Below, piece after piece: positions 10,109 through 22,244 of a stretch of 34,648 nucleotides of DNA; position 1 is the stretch's first letter; every line of letters starts with the position of its first letter. Below the pieces are notes generated by a model. It was not told where the DNA came from, searched no databases, and saw nothing but the letters and a program-made list of their open reading frames with translations. Position numbers and translations under genes: made by a program. This DNA comes from Octopus sinensis (Eukaryota): NCBI RefSeq assembly GCF_006345805.1, contig NW_021831668.1, positions 1-34,648 of the forward strand, in the 5' to 3' direction.

Positions 10109-11134
10109 GTGTGTGTGCGTGCGTGCGTGAGCCTGTGTGTGTGTTTGTAAGTGTGCGCGTGTGAATGTGTGTCTGTGTGCCGTGTGTTTCTCACTCTCGT
10201 CTCCAAACAACTTGCTCTCTTCACATTTGTCGGATGATCTATGTTTCTGCTACAGCTGTTTGTTAAGAAGGCGCTTCTTGAGAGAGACCACGTGCCAGTG
10301 AAAGGAAACCTGGACAGATATCAAGGTTCTTGCTTTGAAATAGAGTCTGCCGGCCTAGATCAATATTTCAGAAGAAACTGTCAGCTGAGGCCAGTATTTT
10401 GACTGTTTATCGTCAAATTTATAATCAATTAAACGTATTTGATTTTCTAGTGCAGTGAAATATGTCTTACATCGGTAGGAGTAATACAGACAGACAGACA
10501 GATGAACTGTGGAGTAAATTTCCCATACTGTGATAAGGCCATAACGCTTTCAAACTCTCCCAGAATGGCGAAATTGATTTGTTGAATGTTTAAAAACTAA
10601 CGAACGTGTAGGAAGCTTCTGGGTGGTCGTTTGGGCTGCTAACATAACAGTCAGGTTTCTCTTGAACCACAGTCTGTTGTGTCGTAAATGATGGACACCT
10701 AGGATGCAGTCTAGAATACGGTAGACGGAATTGTCTGTTTTTGTACAGTGTAACACCTATGATCATAGCTCTGTTCGAATGAACTTGACCTTGGGTTAAA
10801 CTAATTTTACTACTCCTGCTACTACTGCGTCTACTACTACCACCACCACTACTGTTACTACAAGCAGATTCAGAGAGACAGATACTATTTTAGCAGCGCC
10901 TGGTTGCTTCTGCGGGTGGGGACTGGCCAATTTCTTGGAATCGATGTAGGAGATTAGTGCGTCTAGCAGTATCGGTCCTGTCCAAGTTTTATCAGCAATG
11001 TCCAGTGCTACATGGTGATAACACTGTAGAAACAGTTATTCAGAAACTTATTCAGAACCGTGTTGTCATAGTAGTGACGCAATGTTGTCTGTGCTAAAGG
11101 CATAAGGACTAAAATATTAAAGGGGTGGGGTGCT

Positions 11135-11293
11135 TATTGATGTAATCGACCTTAGTGATTGACTGCTATTTAATTTATCGATTCCGAAAGAATGAAAGGC
11201 AAAGTCGGCCACGGCAGAATTTGAACTCGCAACGTAAAGACAGGCGAAGCGCTGCTAAGCATTTTGTCCGGCGTGCTAACGATTCCGCCAGCT
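11135..11293 (-). mobile_element. SINE family A copy
   Basis: Reverse complement of the family A head and body. Confidence 0.8.
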
Positions 11294-11294
11294 G

Positions 11295-11420
11295 TTGTGG
11301 AATATTAACAGAAAGAGTAATGCAGACCAACACCAAAGCCGAGATGGTGGACAAGATGAGGGAGGCGTTCGAAGACCTTCCCGGGGACACAGTTGAGGCT
11401 GTGCGGGAAGATTCTTTGAC
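11295..11420 (+). mobile_element. Tc1/mariner (maT/DD37D-like) transposase C-terminal fragment
   Basis: TNTKAEMVDKMREAFEDLPGDTV..EAV resembles NTK.EL...I...F..LP..TV...C..F..RLEAV. Confidence 0.5.
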
Positions 11421-11681
11421 AAAGCTCTTATCTCCCACTTTGTGGGAGTTTTTGATTTTTTTAAAAATAATTTTTGGATGGGATATTATGCTTTGTTTCC
11501 CATTTATAAAAACTCTCGTATTTAGTCCGAATGCCTGAACAATGAATGGATCTGAACCCACAGTCCCAGTCACTGCAACACAAGGATAAAGATTCTAAAG
11601 AAACATTCGATATTTGTTCATATTACGACTCTTCAGTTTGTTCATCTGTCACAGACCGTCCTTCACAACTTTTCTCTTCTC

Positions 11682-11732
<51 letters not shown>

Positions 11733-12109
11733 GTATGTATATAGATGCATGTATGTATGCTTGAATATATGCACACAGATGCATATATTTTCATTCTTAT
11801 TTAACTCCATTGTTAGAAACAGTTAACATCGACCATTGCTGAAAATAATAAATCTGATATTTTAAAAAAGTCCTTGTCAAAATCAAACAAAAACAGGAAT
11901 TTTCATCCATAAATTTCTTTTAAGAAAATTTGCAGAGAAATATTTCTTTTGTATTCTTACTTTCCAAAATAAGCTAATTTTTTTTTAATAAGATGTTTCA
12001 CATCCGTCTGCCTATCTGTCCATTTATCTTTCTGTCCGTCGAACTCTCAGTCAATTTATCTATTTTCCAGTCTGTGTATCTGTCAGCTTCTTCGTCTGTT
12101 TTCTTTTCC

Positions 12110-12178
12110 TCTCTCTCTTTTACTCTTTTACTTGTTTCAGTCATTTGACTGCGGCCATGCTGGAGCACCGCCTTTAAT
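12110..12178 (-). mobile_element. SINE family B 3' fragment
   Basis: cttgtttcagtcatttgactgcggccatgctggagcaccgccttta. Confidence 0.8.
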
Positions 12179-12714
12179 CCTCGAGTTTTAACCATCTTCC
12201 TAACACACAAATAATCCAAGTACGTTGGTGCTTTCTCTCCATCTTAGTCCCTTCTCTCCCATCATTTCAGAAAGGTAATTGAATGATTCATTTTCAACAG
12301 CCATTTTCAAGAAATCACAAAAGGGGAGTAAAATTACTGATGCTGACCTCCAGAACAGAGTGTGTTGATTCCTTGCAACCTGCAATCGACTTGCAATCTT
12401 TGGATAGAAATCTACCGTTCAGTTTAAGAAAGCGTCAATTCTCTGGCAGACCAGCAAACGTCATATCAATAAAGGAAGTTTAAGGGCAAACCTTACCAAA
12501 TTTCGGTATATCTACCTCCACTGCATTATTCATGCAAAGTCATTTGTAATGTGCGCTCAGTAAAAATAGGGACCCCACAGACAAAGCTTTTTAGCGCCTC
12601 AAGAGAATGTCTCCGGTGCCACAATTATGAAAATATTACATTCAAGAAAAGTTGTTTTTTCTGCATAGATGTTGTCTGAATATTAAGATTTCCTGTTTGA
12701 GGAATAAAATATAT

Positions 12715-13179
12715 ATATAGTGGTTGTATACAGTCAACTCAACGTTAGCCCTAGGAAATATCGACGTTTCCTGTGTCCTTATATTTGCAAAGGGGAGACA
12801 ATCACCCCCGCCAGCTGGGACTAAGCACCTGAAGACATATGTTTCTGAGTGTATTGCTCGTCATCAGTCCAGGGTAGTAAGCCTCGCTCGCTGAGATGAC
12901 CGCAATCTCTCAGCAAATATATTCTATTTTCAGTAACATTTATTTACTGATCATCAAAATTAGAAATGTTGAATTTCTAAATGTCTCAGAGAGACATGAG
13001 CGGTGGTGGAGCGATATAGTGGTTGTATACTGTCAACTCAACGTGATAGTCACGTAAGGGAATTACATCACCGCCATTTAGCCCTAGGAAACATCGATGT
13101 TTCCTGTCGGCTTGACACATTTCTGTGTCCTTTTCTTTGCAAAAGGGAGGCAATCAGGCAATCACCCCCTCCAGCTGGG
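12715..13179 (-). repeat. Tandem partial direct repeats (12715-12819 and 13014-13179) around the minimal HHR, pLTR-like
   Basis: Shared atatagtggttgtatac.gtcaactcaacgt, tagccctaggaaa.atcga.gtttcctgt and caatcacccc..ccagctggg; both ends abut (TA)n. Confidence 0.7.
12828..12873 (-). ncRNA. Minimal type I hammerhead ribozyme motif
   Basis: Minus strand: cctgga-CTGATGA-c-gag-caataca-ctc-a-GAAA-CatatG-TC-ttcagg. 6-bp stem I (cctgga/ttcagg), short imperfect stem II, palindromic CATATG stem III, GUC site. Confidence 0.72.
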
Positions 13180-13222
13180 TATATAGATATAATATATATA
13201 TATATATATAATATATATATAT

Positions 13223-13273
<51 letters not shown>

Positions 13274-13309
13274 CATATATATTATATATATATACATACA
13301 CGTATGTGT

Positions 13310-13600
13310 GTGTCCCACCACTAGTGGTTTTAGCAGAAGTTAGGAGCAGGCTGAAAGGGCTGAAAACAGACCCCTTCCTCTCAGGCTGAGCCCTCATGAA
13401 TTTTTTCAAGTTACAATTGAAAGGAGAATTCAAGATGGAGGCAGAAGTGGAATAGGTCTACTCGGAGCATGCACTTATAGACTGGACGAGAATGGCTGAC
13501 AGATGGCCTTAGTGCTCATGATTTTCTGGAGTTTCCACCTGTGGCCCTTGGAGGTTTCCCCACTTGGGGGAAATTATTCCTCGAATTTTACAATATTTTT
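13310..13600 (+). mobile_element. L1/Tx1-like LINE 3' remnant
   Basis: EVRSRLKGLKTDPFLSG*ALMNFFKLQLKGEFKMEAEV resembles Tx1-type ORF2 C-termini; stops present. Confidence 0.4.
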
Positions 13601-13623
13601 GCCTCTCTTTCTGTTAATTTAAT

Positions 13624-14045
13624 CTTTTACTTCTTTCAGTCATTAGACTGCGGCCATACTGGAGTGCTGACTTGAATAATTTTTAGTCGATCTCAGGACA
13701 TTTCTTTGAGCCTGGCACTTATTCTATCAGTCTCCTTCGACGAATTGCTAATTTACAGCGACATAAAAATACCAGCACCGGTTGTCAATCGATGGCGGGA
13801 CAAAGACACACACACGTGTGTGCGCGCTCGTGTGTGGTGAAACTTCGGAGTATAGAATTAACTGATATTTTAATTTTTTCAAAGTGTCCTGCTCGTTTAC
13901 AATCAAAGTGCTCTAAATAAGAATGTTCTTTCTTGATTTGGCAATTTGACTGCACATTCTAGCATGTAAGAAGACCACATTGTGGTCTTCTCTCCGTGTA
14001 TAGATTTTATGCACTCATATATATTGTTCATATATTTTGTAAACA

Positions 14046-14078
<33 letters not shown>

Positions 14079-14216
14079 GTTCTTTCAATCCACTCAAAGG
14101 CTTTCGTCGGCCCGACGCTATAGCAGAAAACACTTGGCTAACGTTCCAGACAGTGGTATTGAACCTGGAACCATATGGCTGAGAAGCGAGAATCTTACCA
14201 CACAGTCATGCCCGCG
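13624..14216 (-). mobile_element. Degenerate, interrupted SINE family B
   Basis: Tail 13624-13810 and head 14078-14216. Confidence 0.7.
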
Positions 14217-14647
14217 GTAATCTCACGCTAGGTTTTCCTGTAATGTCCTCAATCATTTTGTCAGCCCTTGGTGGTACATAAAGAAATTATTATTATTATA
14301 AATTTTGTAATTAATCAAATAATTGTTCCCACCACCACCAAGACTTCACCATTTTTGCCATTGTTATTGCAATTATTCTTGTTCTCGTCCACACCATTAT
14401 TCTCGTTAATTTTCTACAATAGCAACAAAAGCTTATGAAATAATTTTTCTAAAGGAGAGCCGCTAATTTTATAGAAGTTTCTAGACCAGACAGATATCAA
14501 GTGTTGAACAGGTTTCTCGCCAGACACAGAAGAAAAACCTTCGAAATATGACAATCTGTTCTCTTTCACACGCTCTTCTCACAAGACGATGTTCAGTTTT
14601 GTAAGAGAGGACATAATTATTTCATATAGAAACACTTATACGATCAC

Positions 14648-14678
<31 letters not shown>

Positions 14679-15104
14679 TCCACCACCACCACTACTGCTA
14701 CAATTACCACTACCAACACTGCTTCTGCTACCACCACTGATAAGAATAATGACTTTTATTGGCCACAGGGGCCCAGGACAGGGGTCAATAACAAAGGACG
14801 AGTTATTACACACAAAAGCAAAAACATTAAAACAAAAAACACAAAAATTGTTACTACAATAGCACTACTACTAATAACAACACTATTGATACTATTACTA
14901 ACACTGGTGCTATTACTACAGCTATTACCACTACTACTACACCAACCACACAAATAATGAGGGGAGAAGGAGGAGACGGCGGAGATGGACGAGTGTAACG
15001 CTGTTGGTGATGATGATGATATTAGTTATGATGATGAGGATAAAGACGACGAAGATAACAATAATCCTTCTACTATAGGCACAAGGCCCGAAATAGTAAT
15101 AATG

Positions 15105-15105
15105 A

Positions 15106-15167
<62 letters not shown>

Positions 15168-15173
15168 AGGGTT

Positions 15174-15206
<33 letters not shown>

Positions 15207-15212
15207 AGGGTT

Positions 15213-15248
<36 letters not shown>

Positions 15249-15254
15249 AGGGTT

Positions 15255-15286
<32 letters not shown>
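15105..15286. repeat. (TAG)n microsatellite with three taagggtt interruptions
   Basis: Directly visible. Confidence 0.95.
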
Positions 15287-15964
15287 TGACGACACGCAGC
15301 GCCCTCATTCCCAGGAACTTTCTCTCCGTCCAATGTATATTGGTGCCTTACTTAGGTCTCGAGTTGAAAGCAGGTAGAAAGATGCAAATCAATCGGAAAA
15401 TAATAATTTCCAACAGCTGGAGAGTGAGGAGCCATGACATTGGCAAATTCCCTAAAGCATGGTTGTTTGAATAGAATCGATTGAGATAATTGGTTGAAAA
15501 AGAACAAAAGAGAAATGGAACAAATGTATTAATGGAACAAGAGCCTAGAGTAAAAAATTAGATAAAAAATTAGAAATTTCAATGATTCAAGCCCCGGGAT
15601 TGATCTTGACGCCACTAGAAATTACTCTCGTTTTAGTTCTGTTCTCCGTTACTGTGATGTGGAGAGGTTCATTCCACTTTTATCCAGCTTCTATTAAGTT
15701 TATTTAGGTATCGCCTCCTTTGACACCCTAACGTTCCTCGCCATGTCAGTCTTCCATAATGTCGGTAACAGTTCATCAAGATCGCCCCAGTCATTCGGTT
15801 TCCTGGTATTCTGTTTAGCATAAGAGCACACGTTATTTGAACAGCTCAGTTAAAGATGAAAAGCAGAGTAGAGAGTCAGCTTTGATATAATAAATAGACA
15901 TCTATCCAATATATTCAATGTATTGAGTTCTGTACCAGATAATGTTTGCACCATACAAAATACA

Positions 15965-16347
15965 TTCATTTCTACTCTAGGTACAAGGCTCGAAATTTGT
16001 GGGGAGGGGGCCAGTCGATTAGATCGACCCCAGCACGCAACTGGTACTTAATTTATTGACCCCGAAAGGATGAAAGGCATTTGAACTCAGAATGTGAAGA
16101 CGGACGAAATAGCTATTTCTTTATTGCCCACAAGGGGCTAAACACAGAGAGGACAAACAAGGACAGACAAACGGATTAAGTCGATTATATCGACTCCAGT
16201 GCGTAACTGGTGCTTAATTTATCGACCCCCGAAAGGATGAAAGGCAAAGTCGACCACAGCGGAATTTGAACTCAGAACGCAGCGGCAGACGTAATACCAC
16301 AAAGCATTTTCGCCCGGCGTGCTCAACGCTTCTGCCAGCTCGCCGCC
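15965..16347 (-). mobile_element. SINE family A, dimeric arrangement
   Basis: Full unit 16115-16347 joined to a headless second unit 15965-16115. Confidence 0.85.
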
Positions 16348-16455
16348 TTTCCATACAAAATATATTATTGATATACTCAACTTCTCTTACATTAAATATA
16401 TATATATATATTTATATATATTATATATATATATATATATATACATAATATATAT

Positions 16456-16494
<39 letters not shown>

Positions 16495-16503
16495 CTTATA
16501 TAT

Positions 16504-16548
<45 letters not shown>

Positions 16549-16901
16549 ATAATATATATATATATACGCACACGAAAATAGATATTTCATAAATTAAATG
16601 AAAATATTTTTGTGTAAAAAACCTTTTGGCAATCGACTTACATAAAAGATAGAAATAAAAAATCTGTTTCGATCAATAAAAGATAGTTTACATGGAAAGA
16701 CACTCGGAAATAAAAGCTGGCTACATTTTAAATATCATATATACATTGAAATATATATATGTGTGTGTGCGGACGTGTATGTATATATATGCACGCGTGT
16801 GTGTTTGCGTGTGTCTGTCTGTCTGTCCGTCCGTCCATCTGTGTCAATATTATCCAAGGATTCAAGTGTAGGCAATTTGTATGCTTCGAGCACTTGGCGG
16901 T

Positions 16902-17900
16902 TACGAGTGTGGGCTGAAAATTTCTCAGGCTGACTACGAAGGAGTGATGTTAGAGCTGGGAAATCTTGCATACATTAATTTCAGCCCTTCTTAATAACTG
17001 CATTTTCTTTTTCTTCGGGTAAACTGATATCTGACTGTTCAAAGAAGACTTCAAAAGTAACCAGTTGTGACTTCTCTTGAAAATGGACAAAAATTGACAC
17101 CGTGGTGTTATCAAGTACCTGCGGAAAAAAAGGCTTTAACCTGAAGGGCTTTCATGCTGATATGGTTACTACATTAAGGATGATGCTTCAATTTTATCCA
17201 CAGTGCAAAACCGAGGTGCTGCACTTAGGCCATCTTCAAAACTCTTCTTTCCTTTCCAATTGCTCACCACATCGTGATGGCTGTCAGGCAATTGACAATA
17301 ATTCAAACAACCAATGTTATTAGCATATTCCATGAGAGAGTTGAGGATATTTTTCACAATTAACTTGGCATGACGATGGTTTCTGGTTCGGTGGGTGCCA
17401 CGTCTTCTGAGACCTGATCAGCAACAAACCAGGCTGGTCACATTACGGGGAAATCTGACAGCGTTTGAGGCAGATCCAGCTGGTTTCCATGAATGCTTCG
17501 TAACCTAGGATGAGAGTTGGATTCATAACTTTGAACTAGAGACAAAGAAATAATCCATACAGAGGAAACACCCCTCCTCACCTGCTCCAAATAAGGCCAA
17601 GGTATTTTTATCTGCAGGGAAGGTGATGGCCTCAAATTTTAGGCCTGTAGAAAGCATTGCGTTTATTGCCTATCTTCAGAAGGACCACAGCATCAGTGGA
17701 AAGTATTATGTCAATTTGATGAGACAGTTACAAAAGGTTATCAAGACCAAACGCTGAGGAAAAGTGATGAAAGGGAACTTGCTACAACAGGACAATGTTC
17801 CAGTATACAAGTCCTTGGTTTCAATGGCTGCTGTGCGTGACTGGCTTTGAACTCGTTGATCACCATCCATATTCTCCTGATTTGGCCTCATCGCTATACA
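16902..17900 (+). mobile_element. Decayed mariner (DD34D-type) transposon; left end present, right end not seen
   Basis: TA + cgagtgtgggctgaaaatttctcaggctgac left end; fragments MDKN*HRGVIKYL, FHADMVTTL, HHIVMAVRQLTI, FVT*DESWIHNFELETK, HPSSPAPNKAKV..SAGKVMAS, QQDNVPVYKS, FELVDHHPYSPDLASS. Confidence 0.9.
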
Positions 17901-17999
17901 ACGCACTGTCAGCAAACTAATGCTGCTAAAAATGCAAATAAAATTCCAAATTTAAAGGAGTGGAACAGGTAAAACGTAAGCTACAGATTTGTTAATTAG

Positions 18000-18126
18000 C
18001 TGAAGCTTATTATGTAATTGTTGCGCAACGAACGCTCCCAAGCGTAACTAGTCATCAAGATGAAATTAACCTGAGTAAAGTTTCCATTGCCGCACGGAAT
18101 TCCCACAAGTCGGTCACAACGCAATG
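18000..18126 (+). CDS. Candidate internal coding exon of an unidentified host gene (EAYYVIVAQRTLPSVTSHQDEINLSKVSIAARNSHKSVTTQ)
   Basis: ttgttaattag| acceptor, |gtgagt consensus donor, stop-free phase 1 to 2 frame, non-repetitive and more GC-rich than its flanks; no homology recognised. Confidence 0.3.
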
Positions 18127-18913
18127 GTGAGTCCAAATAAATAGAAAAATCAACAAGAAAGAAAAAAAAACAAGAAATAAGAATAAAGTGACACCCAAAA
18201 ATATGCATAGAGTTGGTGTGGTTTAAAGTCAAAGAGGAGGAAGTAAAGGAGAAAGAGGAAGAAAATAGGGAGAAAAAGATGGGGAAAGGTGAGGTGAGGA
18301 GTGGGGCAGTAAACTCCTTATTAAGAAATGCTGACGACAGACTGCGAGAATGTTGTCGTCAGAATTTAAATGAGTAAATGAATACGGGGTCGTGGTCGGG
18401 GTCGTTGAGTCGCAAAGAACAAAGGAGACCAGTACACATGCACAGGTATATGCATCCACACACATCCACGCGCACACATACGTGATAATCCACACACACA
18501 TATACACGCATACACGCCTATACACACGCATGTATTTGTGTCTAAGGGTACTTACATTCAAAAACGTATGCAACACACAGGTGTGTAGATAGATAAACAA
18601 ATATACACCCATATACATACATACATATATATACATATATATATATTGTTGTGATCCCCTTCGGTCATGAATAACCATGAGATTGCACCTAGAAAGTTAC
18701 TCTCCGAGGCACAAGTCAGGGCAAGGTTGTTTATGGAAGACCAGCAGTCGCCCACGCACACCAGCCTCCACGACGAACATGGCGTGCTTTATAAATTAAC
18801 CGATTTAAAGTATCGTAAAAGCATGAAACTATTGGTAGCCGTTACCTAATGTGTATCATTAAATGGATATTCATCTCTTACTGGAAGGAGTAGTTCTTTA
18901 TATATATATATAT

Positions 18914-18957
<44 letters not shown>

Positions 18958-19099
18958 CATACATAAAATATATATATATGGCAAATGAAAGAGGGAAAAT
19001 GGAATATACGAGAATTGACATTACATAACGATCAATGTGAAAGTGACCGTGCTTTACCAGTAAGCTACTAGGTGTAAACCAATCGTTTTATTCATTATA

Positions 19100-19130
<31 letters not shown>

Positions 19131-19140
19131 ATATATATAT

Positions 19141-19545
19141 ACTCTTTTTACTCTTATACTTGTTTCAGTCATTTGACTGCGGCCATGCTGGAGCACCGCC
19201 TTTAGTCGAGCAAATCGACCCGGGACTTATTCTTTGTAAGCCCAGTACTTATTCTATCGGTCTCTTTTGCCGAACCGCTAAGTGACGGGGACGTACGTAA
19301 ACACACCAGCATCGGTTGTCAAGCAATGCTAGGGGGACAAACACAGACACACAAACACAAATACATATATATATATACATATATACGACAGGCTTCTTTC
19401 AGTTTCTGTCTAGCAAATCCATTCACAAGGCTTTGGTCGGCCCGGGGCTATAGCAGAAGACACTTGCCCAAGATGCCACGCAGTGGGACTGAACCTGGAA
19501 CCATGTGGTTGGTTAGCAAGCTACTTACCACACAGCCACTCCTGC

Positions 19546-19548
<3 letters not shown>
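19141..19548 (-). mobile_element. SINE family B, full-length
   Basis: Reverse complement of 7233-7634 with few differences. Confidence 0.9.
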
Positions 19549-19587
<39 letters not shown>

Positions 19588-19624
19588 TATACATATATGT
19601 ACAAACACACTCACACATATTATG

Positions 19625-19672
<48 letters not shown>

Positions 19673-19680
19673 ATATATAC

Positions 19681-20147
19681 GCGAGCATGCGTAAAAGAAC
19701 CAAAGGCAAAGTTATAATTTTGCCTATATACATACTTTACTTTGATAGGTTTCGGCCAGGAGTAGCCCAGGTCATGTCTAACTTAATAGTACCACCTGGC
19801 GAAGTCATTCAAATCAGGAATCGGACACCATGGCCCACTCGAGGAGAGTTATTGTTTAAGGAGACATATCCGAGTGTATGGGGATTTATGCGGGATTTTT
19901 GTAGGAATTTGTCCAAAGACTTCTTGAAATTTATGGGGTCTGTTTTTGCTTTAATGTGTTTTGGTGTAATGTTGAAGAGAGTGGGGCCAATTTAGGTGAA
20001 ATAATTGTGCCGTATTGTTATGAGATACGAGTGTAATTTATGTTGTCGGCGGATAGCATGGGGTGTATTTTAGGTGATACCAACATCACTTGGGCATGCA
20101 AATGGAATATTTTCCACATCATGTAGATGACATAGCGCTCACACACA
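19681..20147 (-). mobile_element. CR1-like LINE 3' fragment, copy 1
   Basis: Minus translation [13 protein letters not shown]...IGPTLFNITPKHIKAKTDPINFKKSLDKFLQ../..TLGYVSLNNNS. Confidence 0.75.
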
Positions 20148-20223
20148 ATATATATATATATATGTATATATGTAATATATTATATATATATATATATAAT
20201 ATATATATTATATAATATATATA

Positions 20224-20259
<36 letters not shown>

Positions 20260-20280
20260 ATATATATATAGATATATAAT

Positions 20281-20348
<68 letters not shown>

Positions 20349-20854
20349 GGACATAGCTAATTTCTAATGAAACAGAAAGCAGTACTCAATGCCATTAATT
20401 ACAGACGTTATTAATTAGTTCACAAGTGAAAATCAATTGATTTTGAGATGAGCGAAAGTCGTGTGTCTGGGAAGTAGGCATGACTCGTTCCAGTTTGTAA
20501 TTCATCTGTTACGTCATTGCTTTGTAATCCTGACCCGTTTATAACTGCACAGACTGCTTTGATGGCGATAGCCGAAGCAGTTGTGTGGATGGCTCACCGT
20601 GCATAAGTTACAAGTTCTGTCCGTGACTAAACATTCCGCTGCTGACCGCTAGTGCAGGATGTAAACTAAATTATAACAATCAATTGGACCAGGTTCTCAC
20701 ATAGCAAAGTAAAGGTCTGGCGCAAAACATATTCTGAAGTGCACGCCAAACTTGTTTACCCATAAATATATTGATTTCTTTTCTTATTTGTAAACTGATT
20801 TGCTATAAATATATTCTGTTATTATGATACTAAACATATACCAGTTTCATATAC

Positions 20855-20902
<48 letters not shown>

Positions 20903-20992
20903 TATATATATATATCTATATATATATATATATATATCATAGATATATATATATTATATAATATATGCGTGGTGTGTGTGTGTGTGTGTGTA

Positions 20993-21270
20993 GGTGCAAT
21001 GGCCCAGTCGGTAGAGTAGCGGACTCGCGGTCGTAGGATCGCGGTTTCGATTCCAGACCGTTGTGAGTGATTATTGAGCGAAAACACCTAAAGCTCCACG
21101 AGGCTCCGGCAGGCGGGGTGAACCCTACTTTACTCTTCCGCCACAACTTTCTCTCACTCTTTCTTCTGTTGGCCTGCTCGCTTAGCCAGCGATGTGGCGT
21201 CATCTGACGCATTGTGTCCAGCGATGTGTAGCAACATCTGATAGCCTGGTCGGTCACGTGATCACGTGAT
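20993..21270 (+). mobile_element. tRNA-derived SINE family C
   Basis: Head ggtgcaatggcccagtcggtagagtagcggactcgcggtcgtaggatcgcggtttcgattcc with A and B boxes; non-tRNA body. Confidence 0.75.
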
Positions 21271-21292
21271 ATATAAATATATATATATAGTC

Positions 21293-21495
21293 GCCATGAT
21301 AGATGATCGTTAGCCACTACACACACTTTTTTCTCTCCTTGTTTCTCCCCTTGTTTTTTCTGTGTCCCTTTCTGTAGAAGAGCGTAGGCTCGAAACGTAA
21401 AAGACTTTTTCTATTCTTGAGCGTTATACTAATACTTCTGTTTGTTTTGTACACCTGTCTTCGTCTTTTGTTTTTTTCGTAAACTCTCCCTATAC
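21293..21495 (+). mobile_element. ~200-bp non-coding element with core-variant hammerhead-like fold (21366-21405)
   Basis: cttt-CTGTAGAA-gagc-gtag-gctc-GAAA-CGT-A-aaag; whole element colinear with the reverse-strand copy at ~31120-31328. Confidence 0.6.
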
Positions 21496-21506
21496 ATATT
21501 GTTGTA

Positions 21507-21539
<33 letters not shown>

Positions 21540-21669
21540 GCATACACACGCATAAGCACACACATTGTCTGCAACACAAAGCTTTTATGCACGCTCGCTT
21601 TGACATGGATATTCCCTCATTGCTGCTTAAGAGACTTTTCCTCCGTATCATAGTACAATATATTAGATA

Positions 21670-22182
21670 CTAGCAGTATCGCCCGGCGTTGCTCGGGTTT
21701 GTAAGGGAAATAACTATATAAGCATTTTTAGAGAGTTACTTCCCTTATAGATGCCAATTCGGGCTTTCTTAGCCATTTCTGTTTTGGTGTCTTCAAGCCA
21801 TGAAGTCGTTGTTCTAAAAGAACGCTGGTCTCCTTGACAACGCTTTACGACGTTGATTTCCTTACACACCCTTCCCCACAGCTTCACGAGGAGAGAAGAA
21901 GGGGGAGAAGCAAACAGGTGCAGGTGTGACCATGGACGCCAACTCCGCCGCCATCGACACACGAAAAATTATGCATTAAAATGAATAAAAAAATGATGTA
22001 AATATGTTTAAAACGTGTAGACTCATCGTAGACCCGCGCTAATACCCAGACGGGCTCGATATGAATCACAGGACTATAAGATACCGAATTTGGTTAACTG
22101 CACCGCAAAATGTGGGGGTAGGTAGTAGAATCTAAATCGAAGGGGACAGACACTCACACAACTACAGTTTTATATATATAGA
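21670..22182 (-). mobile_element. Non-autonomous Helitron (~510 bp)
   Basis: Minus strand begins A|TCTATATATATAAAAC at 22182 and ends with hairpin cccgagcaacgccggg, then CTAG|T at 21670: canonical TC...hairpin-CTRR termini inserted between A and T with no TSD. Confidence 0.85.
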
Positions 22183-22244
22183 TATGTAACTGTTGCTGTT
22201 AACTTAGTATTTGTGTACGTATATCTACATACTGCAGCTTCGTG

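Noticed and set aside
15105-15286. Periodic (TAG)n with taagggtt spacers as a CRISPR-like or telomeric array
   Set aside because: Eukaryotic microsatellite with a slippage-duplicated interruption; no unique spacers or cas genes
18346-18380. ctgacgaca...tgtcgtcag hairpin containing CTGACGA
   Set aside because: Simple 9-bp stem with no GAAA module; not a ribozyme
19687-19995. ORF MRKRTKGK...RVGPI, present twice
   Set aside because: Antisense to the LINE remnant; duplicated only because the DNA is duplicated
20993-21060. tRNA-like heads here and at 7233, 19548 and 34022 as tRNA genes
   Set aside because: The cloverleaf is incomplete and continues into SINE bodies
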